Shown here piece by piece: positions 7,589 through 17,577 of a DNA stretch of 64,000 nt (position 1 is its first letter; every line of letters starts with the position of its first letter). The notes beneath the pieces are model-generated. The model saw only the letters and a list, made by a program, of their open reading frames with translations, did not search any database and was not told the DNA's origin. The position numbers were made by a program, and so were the translations under genes. Source of the stretch: a bacterium (lineage in GTDB: Bacteria; Patescibacteriota; Minisyncoccia; Sungbacterales; HO2-52-23); the NCBI GenBank assembly GCA_030697525.1, contig JAUYPW010000013.1, forward strand, positions 2,293-66,292, in the 5' to 3' direction.

Positions 7589-8611
7589 ATGAGTAAAAAT
7601 CTGTTTAAGTTTTTATGTATAATTGCTGTATTATTTATCATACCATCAGTAAGTTTTGGGTTTTTCGAACGCGATCTCTATTTCGGACTCAAAAACAGCT
7701 CGGAGGTAAGTGGCCTGCAGGAATTTTTACAAAAACAGGGAGTTTATTCGGGGCCTGTCAATGGCAATTTCTTTTCTCTTACTCGTGAAGGGGTTAAAAA
7801 ATTTCAGATTAAGGAAAGCATAAAACCAGCCCTTGGTTATTTTGGGTCTATGACCCGAGCGGCTGCTAATCGCCTCGTTGTTGGGACGGGTGAGGCTACA
7901 AAAAAAGCTGATTTGATTGCTACGCTGCAAGTGCAGATCAAAGCCCTGAACGATCAATTACAGCAACTTCAGAAGCAACAGCAAAAAGAAAAGGAGGAGG
8001 AATTGGCAAAAACATCGGAGATTCCTGCCGTACCAGAAACACCTTCTCTCGCACCAGTTCCTCCACCACCAGCTTTGGAAATTAGCGGAGAAAAAAACCA
8101 GACCTTTCCTACTAGTTATACAAGTCCTCTTAAAATAGGCGATTTTACCATTGCAAATCGCACTGGCAATGATATCCTCTTTGCCCAGATTAAAATTAAG
8201 ATTACTGACCAGATGGATTCTTTTCTTAACCGCAACAAAGAAATACAGATTCTATTGAGAAAAGGTTCTTGGTTCTCCGACACCTTAATCTCAAAAACAG
8301 CGCATACTTTTAGTTCTTTGGTGGTTCCAGAAGGCTCATCGCATATCCAATTTGCGAACCTGTCTTATCCCATCTTAATAAAAAACGGAGAAGAAGTGAC
8401 CACTGGCCTGTGGATTGAAAATTTTGATTATGTTACCAGAGGTTCTCTTAAGTTTGAATTCTACGAAGCGCAAGCCACTACTGCTATAAGTCCTAAGGGA
8501 GGGTTTAACTTTACTTTGAGCAGGGTAAACACTACCGCATTAGGGGTGGTAAATAATTTAAGCAGTATACTGGGCTCACTTAATTCCTTACTTAAGCAGT
8601 TAGAAAAATGA
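7589..8611 (+). CDS. Secreted peptidoglycan-binding domain protein
   Basis: Signal peptide; FERDLYFG....EVSGLQEFL...G...GNFF.LT..GVKKFQ...GYFG..TR motif. Start moved to ATG 7589, 6 nt after TATAAT at 7577-7582 (leaderless). Confidence 0.7.
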   Translation: MSKNLFKFLCIIAVLFIIPSVSFGFFERDLYFGLKNSSEVSGLQEFLQKQGVYSGPVNGNFFSLTREGVKKFQIKESIKPALGYFGSMTRAAANRLVVGTGEATKKADLIATLQVQIKALNDQLQQLQKQQQKEKEEELAKTSEIPAVPETPSLAPVPPPPALEISGEKNQTFPTSYTSPLKIGDFTIANRTGNDILFAQIKIKITDQMDSFLNRNKEIQILLRKGSWFSDTLISKTAHTFSSLVVPEGSSHIQFANLSYPILIKNGEEVTTGLWIENFDYVTRGSLKFEFYEAQATTAISPKGGFNFTLSRVNTTALGVVNNLSSILGSLNSLLKQLEK

Positions 8612-8675
8612 TCTTCTCTTTGGAATTAAGGACCTATACTTGAAAAGTGTAGCCTTTTAGGCTAGTATAGTTTTT

Positions 8676-9476
8676 ATGGAAAAACTGAAGAATAGAAACA
8701 TCTTAATACTCCTTGGGGTAATCGTTGTTGCTGGCTTAGTTATACTGTTATTTAAGAAAAAAGAAGCTCTGGATACTACCCCGACCGTTGTCAATACCCC
8801 TGTAATTACTTCAACTGATTCAGTGCCCAAAAAACAGGACACAGTTACTGCCAGTGGCGCTTCTAATAATCCTAAGTATACTGGCCGTGATCCGGAAGAA
8901 GTTCATCCTAATCCTGACGATGTTAAAATTTTTTCTGAAAAAAGAAAAGAAGAAATTTATAGCGGTATTACCGTGCATGGGCGAAACGTAAAAGAAAATC
9001 CAGATTTTTTAAATGGCTGGTTGGAGCTTGGTATATTGAAAAAAGTGATTGGCGACTATGAAGGAGCACGGGACGCATGGGAATATGCAAATATTATAAG
9101 ACCGGGAAATTCAATTTCATTTTCCAATCTAGGGGAGCTTTATTGGCGATATCTGCCTAATTACACCAAGTCAGAAGCAAATTTTAAAACCTCTATTAAA
9201 AACAAATCAGACGATCCTTCTGTTTATATCTCCTTGTCCGACCTGTATTTCTACTCCTATGCGGAAAAAAAAGACTTTGCGGATGATATTCTTTTAGAAG
9301 GTACAAAAGCCAATCCCGAAGACACCAACCTTGTCCGAGCTTTAGCCGCTTTGTATGAGCGGCAAAAAGAATATACGAAAGCAAAAGAGTGGTGGACTAA
9401 GCTTCTGGAAAAAGAACCAAATGATGCGGAAATCACTGCCCACATCAAAGGGTTAGGGGAAAAGATTAATCCCTAG
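8676..9476 (+). CDS. Membrane-anchored TPR protein
   Basis: N-terminal TM helix; TPR-like repeats (W.ELG......GDYEGA..AW..A....P.N..S..NLG.LY). Leaderless promoter TTGAAA-N17-TAGTAT at 8640-8668. Confidence 0.75.
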   Translation: MEKLKNRNILILLGVIVVAGLVILLFKKKEALDTTPTVVNTPVITSTDSVPKKQDTVTASGASNNPKYTGRDPEEVHPNPDDVKIFSEKRKEEIYSGITVHGRNVKENPDFLNGWLELGILKKVIGDYEGARDAWEYANIIRPGNSISFSNLGELYWRYLPNYTKSEANFKTSIKNKSDDPSVYISLSDLYFYSYAEKKDFADDILLEGTKANPEDTNLVRALAALYERQKEYTKAKEWWTKLLEKEPNDAEITAHIKGLGEKINP

Positions 9477-9477
9477 T

Positions 9478-10875
9478 ATGTCATATTATCGATTCTTGTT
9501 GCTGTTACCATTCCTCCTGCTTCCGGCAGGAGGAATTTTTGCGTCTGGCAACATACAGTTCAGTGAGGTTGTGTGGATGGGTATGTTGCCACGCGAGGGC
9601 GAATCAAGCCAGGCCGCGTCTAATAATGAATGGATAGAATTATATAATCCCACAGATCAGGAAATAAACTTGACCGGCTGGAAAATAACTTCGTCCGATG
9701 GATCACCAAATATCATTTTATCTGGCAGTATAAAGTCTCAAAGCTATTTTTTACTTGAAAGGGGAAATGACGATGTTTTGCCAAATTTCAAAGCTGATCA
9801 GATATACTCTTTTACAAACAATGCTCTTTCTAATTCTGGCGAGCACCTTTTCTTAAAAGATGCCGCTAGTAGCACGGTAGATGAAATAAATGCTTCATCC
9901 GGATGGCTGGCGGGTGATAACACCACTAAAGAGACTATGCAGAAATCCGGCAGTAATTGGGTGACGGCTCTAGCTACTCCAAAGTCGGGATGGGTTAACG
10001 CGATAACCAATTCTGAAAACAGCAGCACATCTCAAACCGCATCTACGCAATCTACTATCTCCCAGTCGTCTACTATCTACCCATCTATAAAAGCCTCCGC
10101 CGGAGAAGATAAAATAACAATTGCCGGATCGGAAGTTGATTTTGTTGGGCAGGCATGGAACTCAAACAAAGAACCCCTGGAAGATACCAGATTTTGGTGG
10201 AATTTTGGAGACGGAGAATCAAAAGAGGGGAAATCCATATCTCATATTTTCCAAATCCCAGGTAGATATACGGTTGGTTTGCATATCTCCAACGGTTCTT
10301 ATGCGGCTTCCGATTATGCTTATATAGAAGTAATAGCAAACAAGCTTAAGATTATAGACGTTTTACTAGGTGAGAAGGGTTATTTTAAACTGTATAACCC
10401 TTCTGATTTTCTCTTGGATATTGGCGGGTGGTTGGTGGAATCTGGGTCCGGAAAGCAGTTTGTAATTCCTACAAAAACCAAAATAGGACCAATGGCCGAA
10501 ATCGCTTTGGCCAATTCTCTTACCAAGATTTTTCTGGAAGAAAAAACGTTGGAAGCCAAAATGCGTTACCCCAATGGGCTTCTTGCTCTTGAATGGAAAA
10601 CAAATAATACGCCAGTTCAACATCCAGCCGGTACTATTATTCAAACTCCGGCGATCTATAATCAAACACCCAAAATTTCTAAAATTATCAGAGACGAATC
10701 TCTTCCCGAAGCTTATTTAACCCGAGTTGTATCAACTACTTCTGAAATTGCAGAGATAAATAAAACTACACCAGGAAAACTAAAGATATCTCCGTTTTGG
10801 TTGGCCGGAATTTTAAGTTTAATAACAGCTGTCGGATATATATTAGTAAGCAAATGGAAAAACCAAAAGTTATAA
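9478..10875 (+). CDS. Surface protein with lamin-tail domain(s), PKD domain and C-terminal TM anchor
   Basis: I.FSEV.W.G....NEWIELYN......L.GW.I (LTD); WNFGDG......H.F..PG.YTV.L (PKD); C-terminal hydrophobic helix followed by lysines. Confidence 0.8.
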   Translation: MSYYRFLLLLPFLLLPAGGIFASGNIQFSEVVWMGMLPREGESSQAASNNEWIELYNPTDQEINLTGWKITSSDGSPNIILSGSIKSQSYFLLERGNDDVLPNFKADQIYSFTNNALSNSGEHLFLKDAASSTVDEINASSGWLAGDNTTKETMQKSGSNWVTALATPKSGWVNAITNSENSSTSQTASTQSTISQSSTIYPSIKASAGEDKITIAGSEVDFVGQAWNSNKEPLEDTRFWWNFGDGESKEGKSISHIFQIPGRYTVGLHISNGSYAASDYAYIEVIANKLKIIDVLLGEKGYFKLYNPSDFLLDIGGWLVESGSGKQFVIPTKTKIGPMAEIALANSLTKIFLEEKTLEAKMRYPNGLLALEWKTNNTPVQHPAGTIIQTPAIYNQTPKISKIIRDESLPEAYLTRVVSTTSEIAEINKTTPGKLKISPFWLAGILSLITAVGYILVSKWKNQKL

Positions 10876-13100
10876 TATTTACCACGGCTTATTTTCCGTT
10901 TATTGGCGGAGCGGAAATAGCAATACAGGAGATTACAAAGCGGCTGAAGGACCGCTTTGATTTTTATATTATTACATCCCGCTTACGCCGTGATTTACCC
11001 CCAAAAGAAGTCAGACCAGAAGGTACTATCGTCAGAATTGGTTTTGGAACCAGATTTGATAAATGGTTACTTCCTTTTGCCCCTCTTTATTATAAAAATT
11101 CAGCCTCGATTATGTTGGGCGTGGATATATCTCAGGGGTCTCTGGCCGCCGCTTTTTATAAGTTGTTACATCCTAAATGTAAGTTTGTTTTTAATATTCA
11201 ATACGGATATGGAGAAGAAAGGCTAAGGAAAGGAAGGTTGGGCATGTTGGCTTTGGCTTTTCGTATTATTTTGAGGCAAGCAGACTGTGTCACTGCTATA
11301 TCCAAGCACCTGTCAGATGTTGCAAGAGAGTATAATTATAAAAGATCAATGGAAGTCATACCGAATGGGGTGGATTTTAACAGATTCCAAAACCCAAATT
11401 ACAAATTACAAATAAATTCCAATCCGCCAACTGGCGGACCGAATCCCAAAATAATTATAACCACCTCACGATTAGTACAAAAAAATGGAATTGATATCTT
11501 AATTAAAGCCATCGCTGAAATAAAAAAAGAAATTTCTGATGTCCAATGCTGGATTATTGGAGATGGGCCAGAGCGCAAGGCGCTCGAGCTACAAGCTACA
11601 AGCTACAAGCTACAAGCTAATATAAAATTCTTCGGAGAAATCCCGCATGAAAAGATCCCCGAACATCTTCACCAAGCCGATATATTTGTTCGTCCATCAA
11701 GGTCAGAGGGTATGGGTAATTCTTTTGTAGAGGCCCTATCCGCGGGACTTCCGATCATAGGCACTCCAGTAGGAGGTATCACGGATATTATTAAGGACAC
11801 GAAAACAGGTCTTTTTGCCCGCGCGGGCGACTCCAGTGATCTGGCTCAAAAAATAAAACTATTGTTGGCCAATGAAGAACTTAGGCAGACTATTGTTAAA
11901 AATGGGTATCAACTGATCAAAGAACATTTTGCTTGGGAGAAAATTTCTGGAGGATATGGAATAATTTTTGATGAACTGCAAACAAAAGAAAAACTGTGCT
12001 TGGTCATAGCTACTGGTTTGTTTCCTCCGGACATTGGCGGTCCGGCTACCTACAGCAAAACGCTTTCCGAAGAACTTCCCAAACGCGGATTTGATGTGAA
12101 GGTGGTTAGTTTTGGCTTGGTGCGACATCTCCCTAAATTCATCAGGCATTTGGCCTATTTTTTAAAAATCTGCAGAGCGGCATGGAAAAGTGATATAATT
12201 TTTGCCCAAGATCCTGTAAGTGTGGGTCTGCCGGCCATGCTAGCTGCTAAAATTTTGCGAAAGAAATTTATATTAAAAATAGTGGGGGATTATGCGTGGG
12301 AACAACATCAGACAACAAATACAAAAGTTATGTCTTTGGAGGAATTTCAAGAAAAGAAACTTGATTTTATCACTGAACTTCGGCGTTGGATAGAATTTTT
12401 AGTAGCCCGTCAGGCCAAGATTATTATAACTCCGAGCAATTATCTGAAAAAAATTGTATCTGGATGGGGTATTAAAGAAAACATCATAAAAGTTATTTAT
12501 AATTCATTTGATATTCCTCAAGTGGTTGAATCCAGAGAGGAGGCGAGAAAGAAATTAAATTTATCCGGTTTTGTAATAATTTCTGCCGGAAGATTGGTAC
12601 CCTGGAAAGGATTTGAAACAGTTATGGACGTTATACCGGAGGTACTCAGAGAAATACCGCAATTAAAACTCATTATTGTAGGATCCGGGCCAGACGAGAA
12701 AAAGTTAGAAGAAAGGATAAAAGAGCTAAAGCTAGAAAAGATAATTACCATGGTCGGCAGGATTAGTCACGATCAACTACTTACCTATCTTAGGGGAGGT
12801 GATGTATTTCTACTAAATACGGCCTATGAAGGTTTTTCGCACACTATACTGGAAGCTATGGCTGTAGAAATACCGGTAATTACTACGCGAGTCGGGGGTA
12901 ATCCAGAAGTTATTACTGACGGGTTATCTGGCTTGCTAATAGAGTATAATGAAAAAGAGGGAATGAGGACTGCCATATTGAGAATATACAATAATCCCGA
13001 ACTGCGTCTCCGTGTAAGCCAACATGCCTTACTTAAGGCAAGGGAATTTAATCAAGATAGAATGTTGAGCCAAGTAGCATCTGTTTTACAGCAGCTATGA
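10854..13100 (+). CDS. Double GT4 (GT-B) glycosyltransferase fusion
   Basis: Two complete GT4 units: YFPFIGGAE...SEGMGNSFVEA and FPPDIGGPATY...YEGFSHTILEA (EX7E motifs). Likely start is ATG 10854. Confidence 0.9.
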   Translation: MEKPKVIIFTTAYFPFIGGAEIAIQEITKRLKDRFDFYIITSRLRRDLPPKEVRPEGTIVRIGFGTRFDKWLLPFAPLYYKNSASIMLGVDISQGSLAAAFYKLLHPKCKFVFNIQYGYGEERLRKGRLGMLALAFRIILRQADCVTAISKHLSDVAREYNYKRSMEVIPNGVDFNRFQNPNYKLQINSNPPTGGPNPKIIITTSRLVQKNGIDILIKAIAEIKKEISDVQCWIIGDGPERKALELQATSYKLQANIKFFGEIPHEKIPEHLHQADIFVRPSRSEGMGNSFVEALSAGLPIIGTPVGGITDIIKDTKTGLFARAGDSSDLAQKIKLLLANEELRQTIVKNGYQLIKEHFAWEKISGGYGIIFDELQTKEKLCLVIATGLFPPDIGGPATYSKTLSEELPKRGFDVKVVSFGLVRHLPKFIRHLAYFLKICRAAWKSDIIFAQDPVSVGLPAMLAAKILRKKFILKIVGDYAWEQHQTTNTKVMSLEEFQEKKLDFITELRRWIEFLVARQAKIIITPSNYLKKIVSGWGIKENIIKVIYNSFDIPQVVESREEARKKLNLSGFVIISAGRLVPWKGFETVMDVIPEVLREIPQLKLIIVGSGPDEKKLEERIKELKLEKIITMVGRISHDQLLTYLRGGDVFLLNTAYEGFSHTILEAMAVEIPVITTRVGGNPEVITDGLSGLLIEYNEKEGMRTAILRIYNNPELRLRVSQHALLKAREFNQDRMLSQVASVLQQL
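11587..11619 (+). repeat. Heptamer tandem repeat (AGCTACA)4 AGCTA inside a GT4 gene
   Basis: Read directly from the sequence; encodes LQATSYKLQA. Confidence 0.9.
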
Positions 13101-14215
13101 GAGTATTAATGATTAGCGAAGATTCGAATATTGCTTTCCAGGATTCTGAAGCGAGGGTGAGAATGAACGAGTATGCAGGGCTCTTTGAGGAGCTTCATAT
13201 TGTCGTGCCTTTTTCCAAGAAAATAAATGACGAGCAGATGGGCAATCTTTTTATTTATTATGCTCAGTCTTCGCATAAAATCTGGCAAAAACTAAAATTA
13301 TTTTTTAAGAGCAAAGATATCGCTAAAAAAATAAAGCCCGATGTTTTAACCGTGCAGAATCCAGCCGAACTAGGGGTCATGGGTTTACTACTCGCCAGAG
13401 TCTACAATATTCCTCTAGTGGTGCAGGTTCACACAGATGTATTCAGTCCTTGGTATCGCCACTCCTTCTTCACAGACCGTATTAGATATTGGTTAGCGCT
13501 TTTGATTATACCGCGCGCTAGTCGGACACGAGTTGTTTCGGATAGAATCAAAAAATCTATCGTTACTCGTGGACTTCTGCCTGCCGAGAAAATCACGGTT
13601 TTACCAATTTATACTGATATCTCCAAGTTTCTCAACACTATCAGTGATATACAAACAGAAGAACTATTTGGGCAACATTCTTTAAAAATGATTGCTGTTG
13701 GCCGTTTTGTGGACAAAGAAAAAAATTTCAGCATGCTGATTGAGGTAATGAAGGAATTGATAAAAACAAATCCGGAGGCAGTTTTAGTTATAGTAGGAGA
13801 TGGGCTGGATAAAGATAGTTACAAGCGACAAGTGACAAGATACAAGTTGGAGAAGAATGTAATTTTAGAACCATGGAGAAATGACCTGCCAAGTTTCTTA
13901 AAATCTTTTGATCTTTTTGTAATGCCTTCCAATTACGAAGGGTGGGGAAGGGTAGTAATAGAAGCTATGGCTTCTGGTCTGCCTATATTAATGACTGACG
14001 TGGGGGTTGCCGGAGAAATTGTGGGCCACGATCGAGAAGGTATAGTGGTTCCCGTCCAAGACAAAAAGGCCCTGTTAAGAGCGATAAAGGACTTGTATAA
14101 TAATAGAGGCAAACTGGAAAGAATGGGTGAGGCAGCTAAAAATAAAGTTATAGGACTAAACCCAAAGACCAAAAAGGAGTATTTAGAATTGTACAAAAAA
14201 AGTTTAGATATATGA
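13097..14215 (+). CDS. GT4 glycosyltransferase
   Basis: VGRF..EKN, VGDG and YEGWGRVVIEAMASGLP motifs. Confidence 0.9.
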   Translation: MRVLMISEDSNIAFQDSEARVRMNEYAGLFEELHIVVPFSKKINDEQMGNLFIYYAQSSHKIWQKLKLFFKSKDIAKKIKPDVLTVQNPAELGVMGLLLARVYNIPLVVQVHTDVFSPWYRHSFFTDRIRYWLALLIIPRASRTRVVSDRIKKSIVTRGLLPAEKITVLPIYTDISKFLNTISDIQTEELFGQHSLKMIAVGRFVDKEKNFSMLIEVMKELIKTNPEAVLVIVGDGLDKDSYKRQVTRYKLEKNVILEPWRNDLPSFLKSFDLFVMPSNYEGWGRVVIEAMASGLPILMTDVGVAGEIVGHDREGIVVPVQDKKALLRAIKDLYNNRGKLERMGEAAKNKVIGLNPKTKKEYLELYKKSLDI

Positions 14216-15294
14216 AATTGTTAATAGTAACTCAAAAGATAGACCACGCCGATGAAAATCTAGGCTTTTTTTGCAAATGGCTAGAGGAATTAAAAAATAA
14301 TTTTAGCGAGGTACGAGTCATAACTTCCTATTTAAATGAGAAAAATAAGCCTGATGGAATAAAAATTTTCTCTTTAGGCAAAGAGAGAGGTACGGGAAAG
14401 ACGAAGAGGGTTTGGAACTTCTGGAGTCTTTTTTCAGAGCACTATATTGATGCCGACGCTGTTTTTTTTCATATGGCGCCGGAGTTTGTAGTCGCTGCTT
14501 GGCCTTTTCTGTGGTCATTGAAAAAACCAACAGCTTTATGGTACACCCACAGAGTTGTTAATCCATACTTAAAAGTTGCTGAAAAAATAGTAGATAACAT
14601 TTTTACCGCCTCCGAATTAAGTTTTAGGCTGCCATCGCAAAAGGTATTGGTGATAGGACATGCCATTGATACAAACTATTTCAGACCAGTATTAGAAGAG
14701 TCTGCAAAACCAAAAGGAAATAAGACTATTAAATTACTTACTCTCGGCAGAATTTCGCCCATCAAAGACATAGAGACGATTTTATGGGCTAGCGAAATAT
14801 TAAAAAACCGCTGGAAAAGACCCTGGAAACTTTCCATCGTTGGCGGACCTCTATTACCCAGAGATCATAAATATCTACAAACCCTGAAAGATTTTGTAAA
14901 AGAGAAAGGTCTGGAGAATAAGGTTGATTTTATAGGTCCGGTTGACCATACAAAAGTGGCTGAAATTTATAACAACCATGATGTTTTTATCTCTATGTCC
15001 GGTACCGGCTCGATAGATAAATCTGTGTTGGAAGCCATGGCTTCTGGTCTTACGGTCATTACTTCCAACGAAGCTTTCAAAGACGCTCTTCCACCCCAAT
15101 ATTTTTTGGCAGAGAAGTCCGCGGACATACTTGCCGAACGCATAGAAATTCTAGCTGGGGAAACTTGTCCCAATTTGTCTCTTCGTCAAAGAGTGGTTGA
15201 TAAACATAGTCTTAAGACAACTATCGGTAAAATAAGCCAAAATCTTTTAAAAAATACTCATGACCTCGCACATCTACAAACTTCTAAGAGATAA
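14212..15294 (+). CDS. GT4 glycosyltransferase
   Basis: GHAIDT, LGRISPIK and GSIDKSVLEAMASG motifs. Confidence 0.85.
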   Translation: MKLLIVTQKIDHADENLGFFCKWLEELKNNFSEVRVITSYLNEKNKPDGIKIFSLGKERGTGKTKRVWNFWSLFSEHYIDADAVFFHMAPEFVVAAWPFLWSLKKPTALWYTHRVVNPYLKVAEKIVDNIFTASELSFRLPSQKVLVIGHAIDTNYFRPVLEESAKPKGNKTIKLLTLGRISPIKDIETILWASEILKNRWKRPWKLSIVGGPLLPRDHKYLQTLKDFVKEKGLENKVDFIGPVDHTKVAEIYNNHDVFISMSGTGSIDKSVLEAMASGLTVITSNEAFKDALPPQYFLAEKSADILAERIEILAGETCPNLSLRQRVVDKHSLKTTIGKISQNLLKNTHDLAHLQTSKR

Positions 15295-15730
15295 GACTGA
15301 AGGTTTTTTATTAGTAAACATTCCTTTTCTTCATAGACGTCTTCATCGTCACCGGCTAGGTTTAAAATATATTATAGCCGGCTCAACCGCGGCTGGGGTA
15401 GACCTGATCCTTCTTTTTCTTTTAACAGATATGGTGGGTATGTGGTATTTTTATTCAGCAATTATAGCCTATATATGCTCTTTTTTCACCAGCTTTTTTC
15501 TGCAAAAGTTCTGGACTTTTAGAGACAATGACCGGAGTAGAATAAAAAAGCAATTGGCTATATACATAGCTACTGCCGGAGTGAGCCTGACATTAAATTC
15601 ATTTTTTATGTTTGTTTTTGTGAGCTTCTTTCAAATCTGGTATCTGACGGCCCAGTTTATAACCTCTGCTCTGCTAGCTTTTGGCAGTTTTATACTCAAC
15701 AAAACAGTTACATTTAAAAAATTATCATAA
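15260..15730 (+). CDS. GtrA-family small flippase
   Basis: Four TM segments with KY...G.....VD and F.LQKFWTF...LNK.VTF motifs. Confidence 0.85.
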   Translation: MTSHIYKLLRDKTEGFLLVNIPFLHRRLHRHRLGLKYIIAGSTAAGVDLILLFLLTDMVGMWYFYSAIIAYICSFFTSFFLQKFWTFRDNDRSRIKKQLAIYIATAGVSLTLNSFFMFVFVSFFQIWYLTAQFITSALLAFGSFILNKTVTFKKLS

Positions 15731-17577
15731 TGTGTGGTATAAACGGATTCAATTTTTCAGACCAGGAATTAATCGGGCACATGAATAGTTCGGTAGCTCA
15801 TAGGGGTCCGGATAGTTTTGGTATATTTACGGAAGAAGGCATATCCCTAGGACACCGCCGACTTTCTATCTTAGATTTAAGCCCGGAGGCTAACCAGCCG
15901 ATGTATAGCCAAGACAAACGGTTGGTTATTGTTTTCAACGGCGAAATTTATAATTTCCGAGAGCTGCGAGACGAACTTAGTTTGTCTTACGACTTTAAAA
16001 CCAAAGGCGATACCGAAATTATCTTAGCGGCCTATCAAAAATGGGGAGAGACTTGCGTTAAAAAATTCAACGGTATTTTTGCTTTTGCTATCTGGGATAG
16101 GGATAAAAAAAAATTGTTTTTAACGCGCGATCACTTAGGAGTAAAGCCCCTCTATTATTACCACAATGGAGAAAAACTAATTTTTTCATCAGAAATTAAA
16201 AGTATTCTGGCTCATAATTTTTCAAAGAAGATTGATGAAGGAGCGGTTGGTTTATATTTTTATCTTTTGCATGTACCCGAACCGCTTACGATGGTGCGGA
16301 ATATTTACAAGTTGCCTCCGGCCCACTATGCTATTTTAAAAAATAATAAACTATCCCTACATCGTTATTGGAGTATTGATTCTTTTGATACGATTTCGGA
16401 TAAGAATGAGGCTAGGAGTAAAATCAAAAGCACTCTTAAGAGTGCGGTTAAAAAACAACTTATTTCTGATCGTCCGGTAGGCCTTTATTTAAGCGGAGGT
16501 ATAGACTCCACCGTGCTTCTGGGAATTATGTCTGAACTGACCAGTCATCCCGTACGTACATTCAGTGTTGGTTTTGATGTAAAAGAGCAGGCCGAAAAAT
16601 TCAATGCGGATTTTAATTTAGCCCAAAAGACAAGCCAATATTTTGGAAGTATACATGAAAAGGTTATTTTGTCTCCAAAAGATGTATTGAATAATTTTGA
16701 GAAAATTATCTGGCACGGAGATGATTTGGTGGCAAACCACACTCAACCGGCAATGTATGTGCTATCTGAATTGGCCAAGAAAAAAGTGGCTGTGGTTTTA
16801 GCCGGAGACGGAGGTGACGAACTCTTTGCTGGCTACGATAGATATTACCTGAACAGACAATTGGACCGGATTCAGATGATCCCTAATTTTTTACGTAGCA
16901 GTAATCTTCTCAGGCATTTTTTAGGCACAGACTTGTACAACAAGATTAATACAAAATCTGTTCTTGACCGCTGGCTCTCTTTTATGTCTCAAAAAGAAAA
17001 TGTAGTGAGCCGGTTTCTTAAGCCAGATTTTAATCATAAAAATACTGCTTTCGAATTTCTGAATCATAGACTTGCCGAAAGAAATTTTCCTGCTCTGAAT
17101 AAGGCAAGCTCTACCAAACTTTTCCAGTATTTAGACTTGCAAACTTGGCTTGTGGACGATGCGTTAAATAGGGTAGACCGGATGAGTATGGCGCACGGGA
17201 TTGAGGAGAGGGTTCCTATCTTGGATAAGGACTTGGTGGAGCTTGCTATGTCGGTACCCGCTGAATATAATCTGGATACGAGAATAGGAGGTAAGAAAGT
17301 TTTTAAAGAGGCTCTTAGAGAATATATACCGTCGCATGTGTATGATCAGCCCAAAAGGGGGTGGTTCTCACCTATGTCCAAGTGGTTGAGAGGAGATTTA
17401 AAAGACTGGGCTTATGACATTCTATCTCCTTCGTATAACCCAGACATGGCCGACTGGTTTGATTTCAAAGAAATAAATAATATTTTAGATAAACATATTA
17501 GTGGAGAAAAATATGCGCTAAATACGATTTGGTCTCTAATAAGTTTCCAAGTATGGAAGAAAAAAATGAAAATTTAA
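15730..17577 (+). CDS. asnB: Asparagine synthase (glutamine-hydrolysing) family amidotransferase, likely sugar amidation
   Basis: N-terminal MCGI; HRGPD, RLSILDL, NGEIYN, LSGGIDS and GDGGDELFAGY motifs. Confidence 0.9.
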   Translation: MCGINGFNFSDQELIGHMNSSVAHRGPDSFGIFTEEGISLGHRRLSILDLSPEANQPMYSQDKRLVIVFNGEIYNFRELRDELSLSYDFKTKGDTEIILAAYQKWGETCVKKFNGIFAFAIWDRDKKKLFLTRDHLGVKPLYYYHNGEKLIFSSEIKSILAHNFSKKIDEGAVGLYFYLLHVPEPLTMVRNIYKLPPAHYAILKNNKLSLHRYWSIDSFDTISDKNEARSKIKSTLKSAVKKQLISDRPVGLYLSGGIDSTVLLGIMSELTSHPVRTFSVGFDVKEQAEKFNADFNLAQKTSQYFGSIHEKVILSPKDVLNNFEKIIWHGDDLVANHTQPAMYVLSELAKKKVAVVLAGDGGDELFAGYDRYYLNRQLDRIQMIPNFLRSSNLLRHFLGTDLYNKINTKSVLDRWLSFMSQKENVVSRFLKPDFNHKNTAFEFLNHRLAERNFPALNKASSTKLFQYLDLQTWLVDDALNRVDRMSMAHGIEERVPILDKDLVELAMSVPAEYNLDTRIGGKKVFKEALREYIPSHVYDQPKRGWFSPMSKWLRGDLKDWAYDILSPSYNPDMADWFDFKEINNILDKHISGEKYALNTIWSLISFQVWKKKMKI

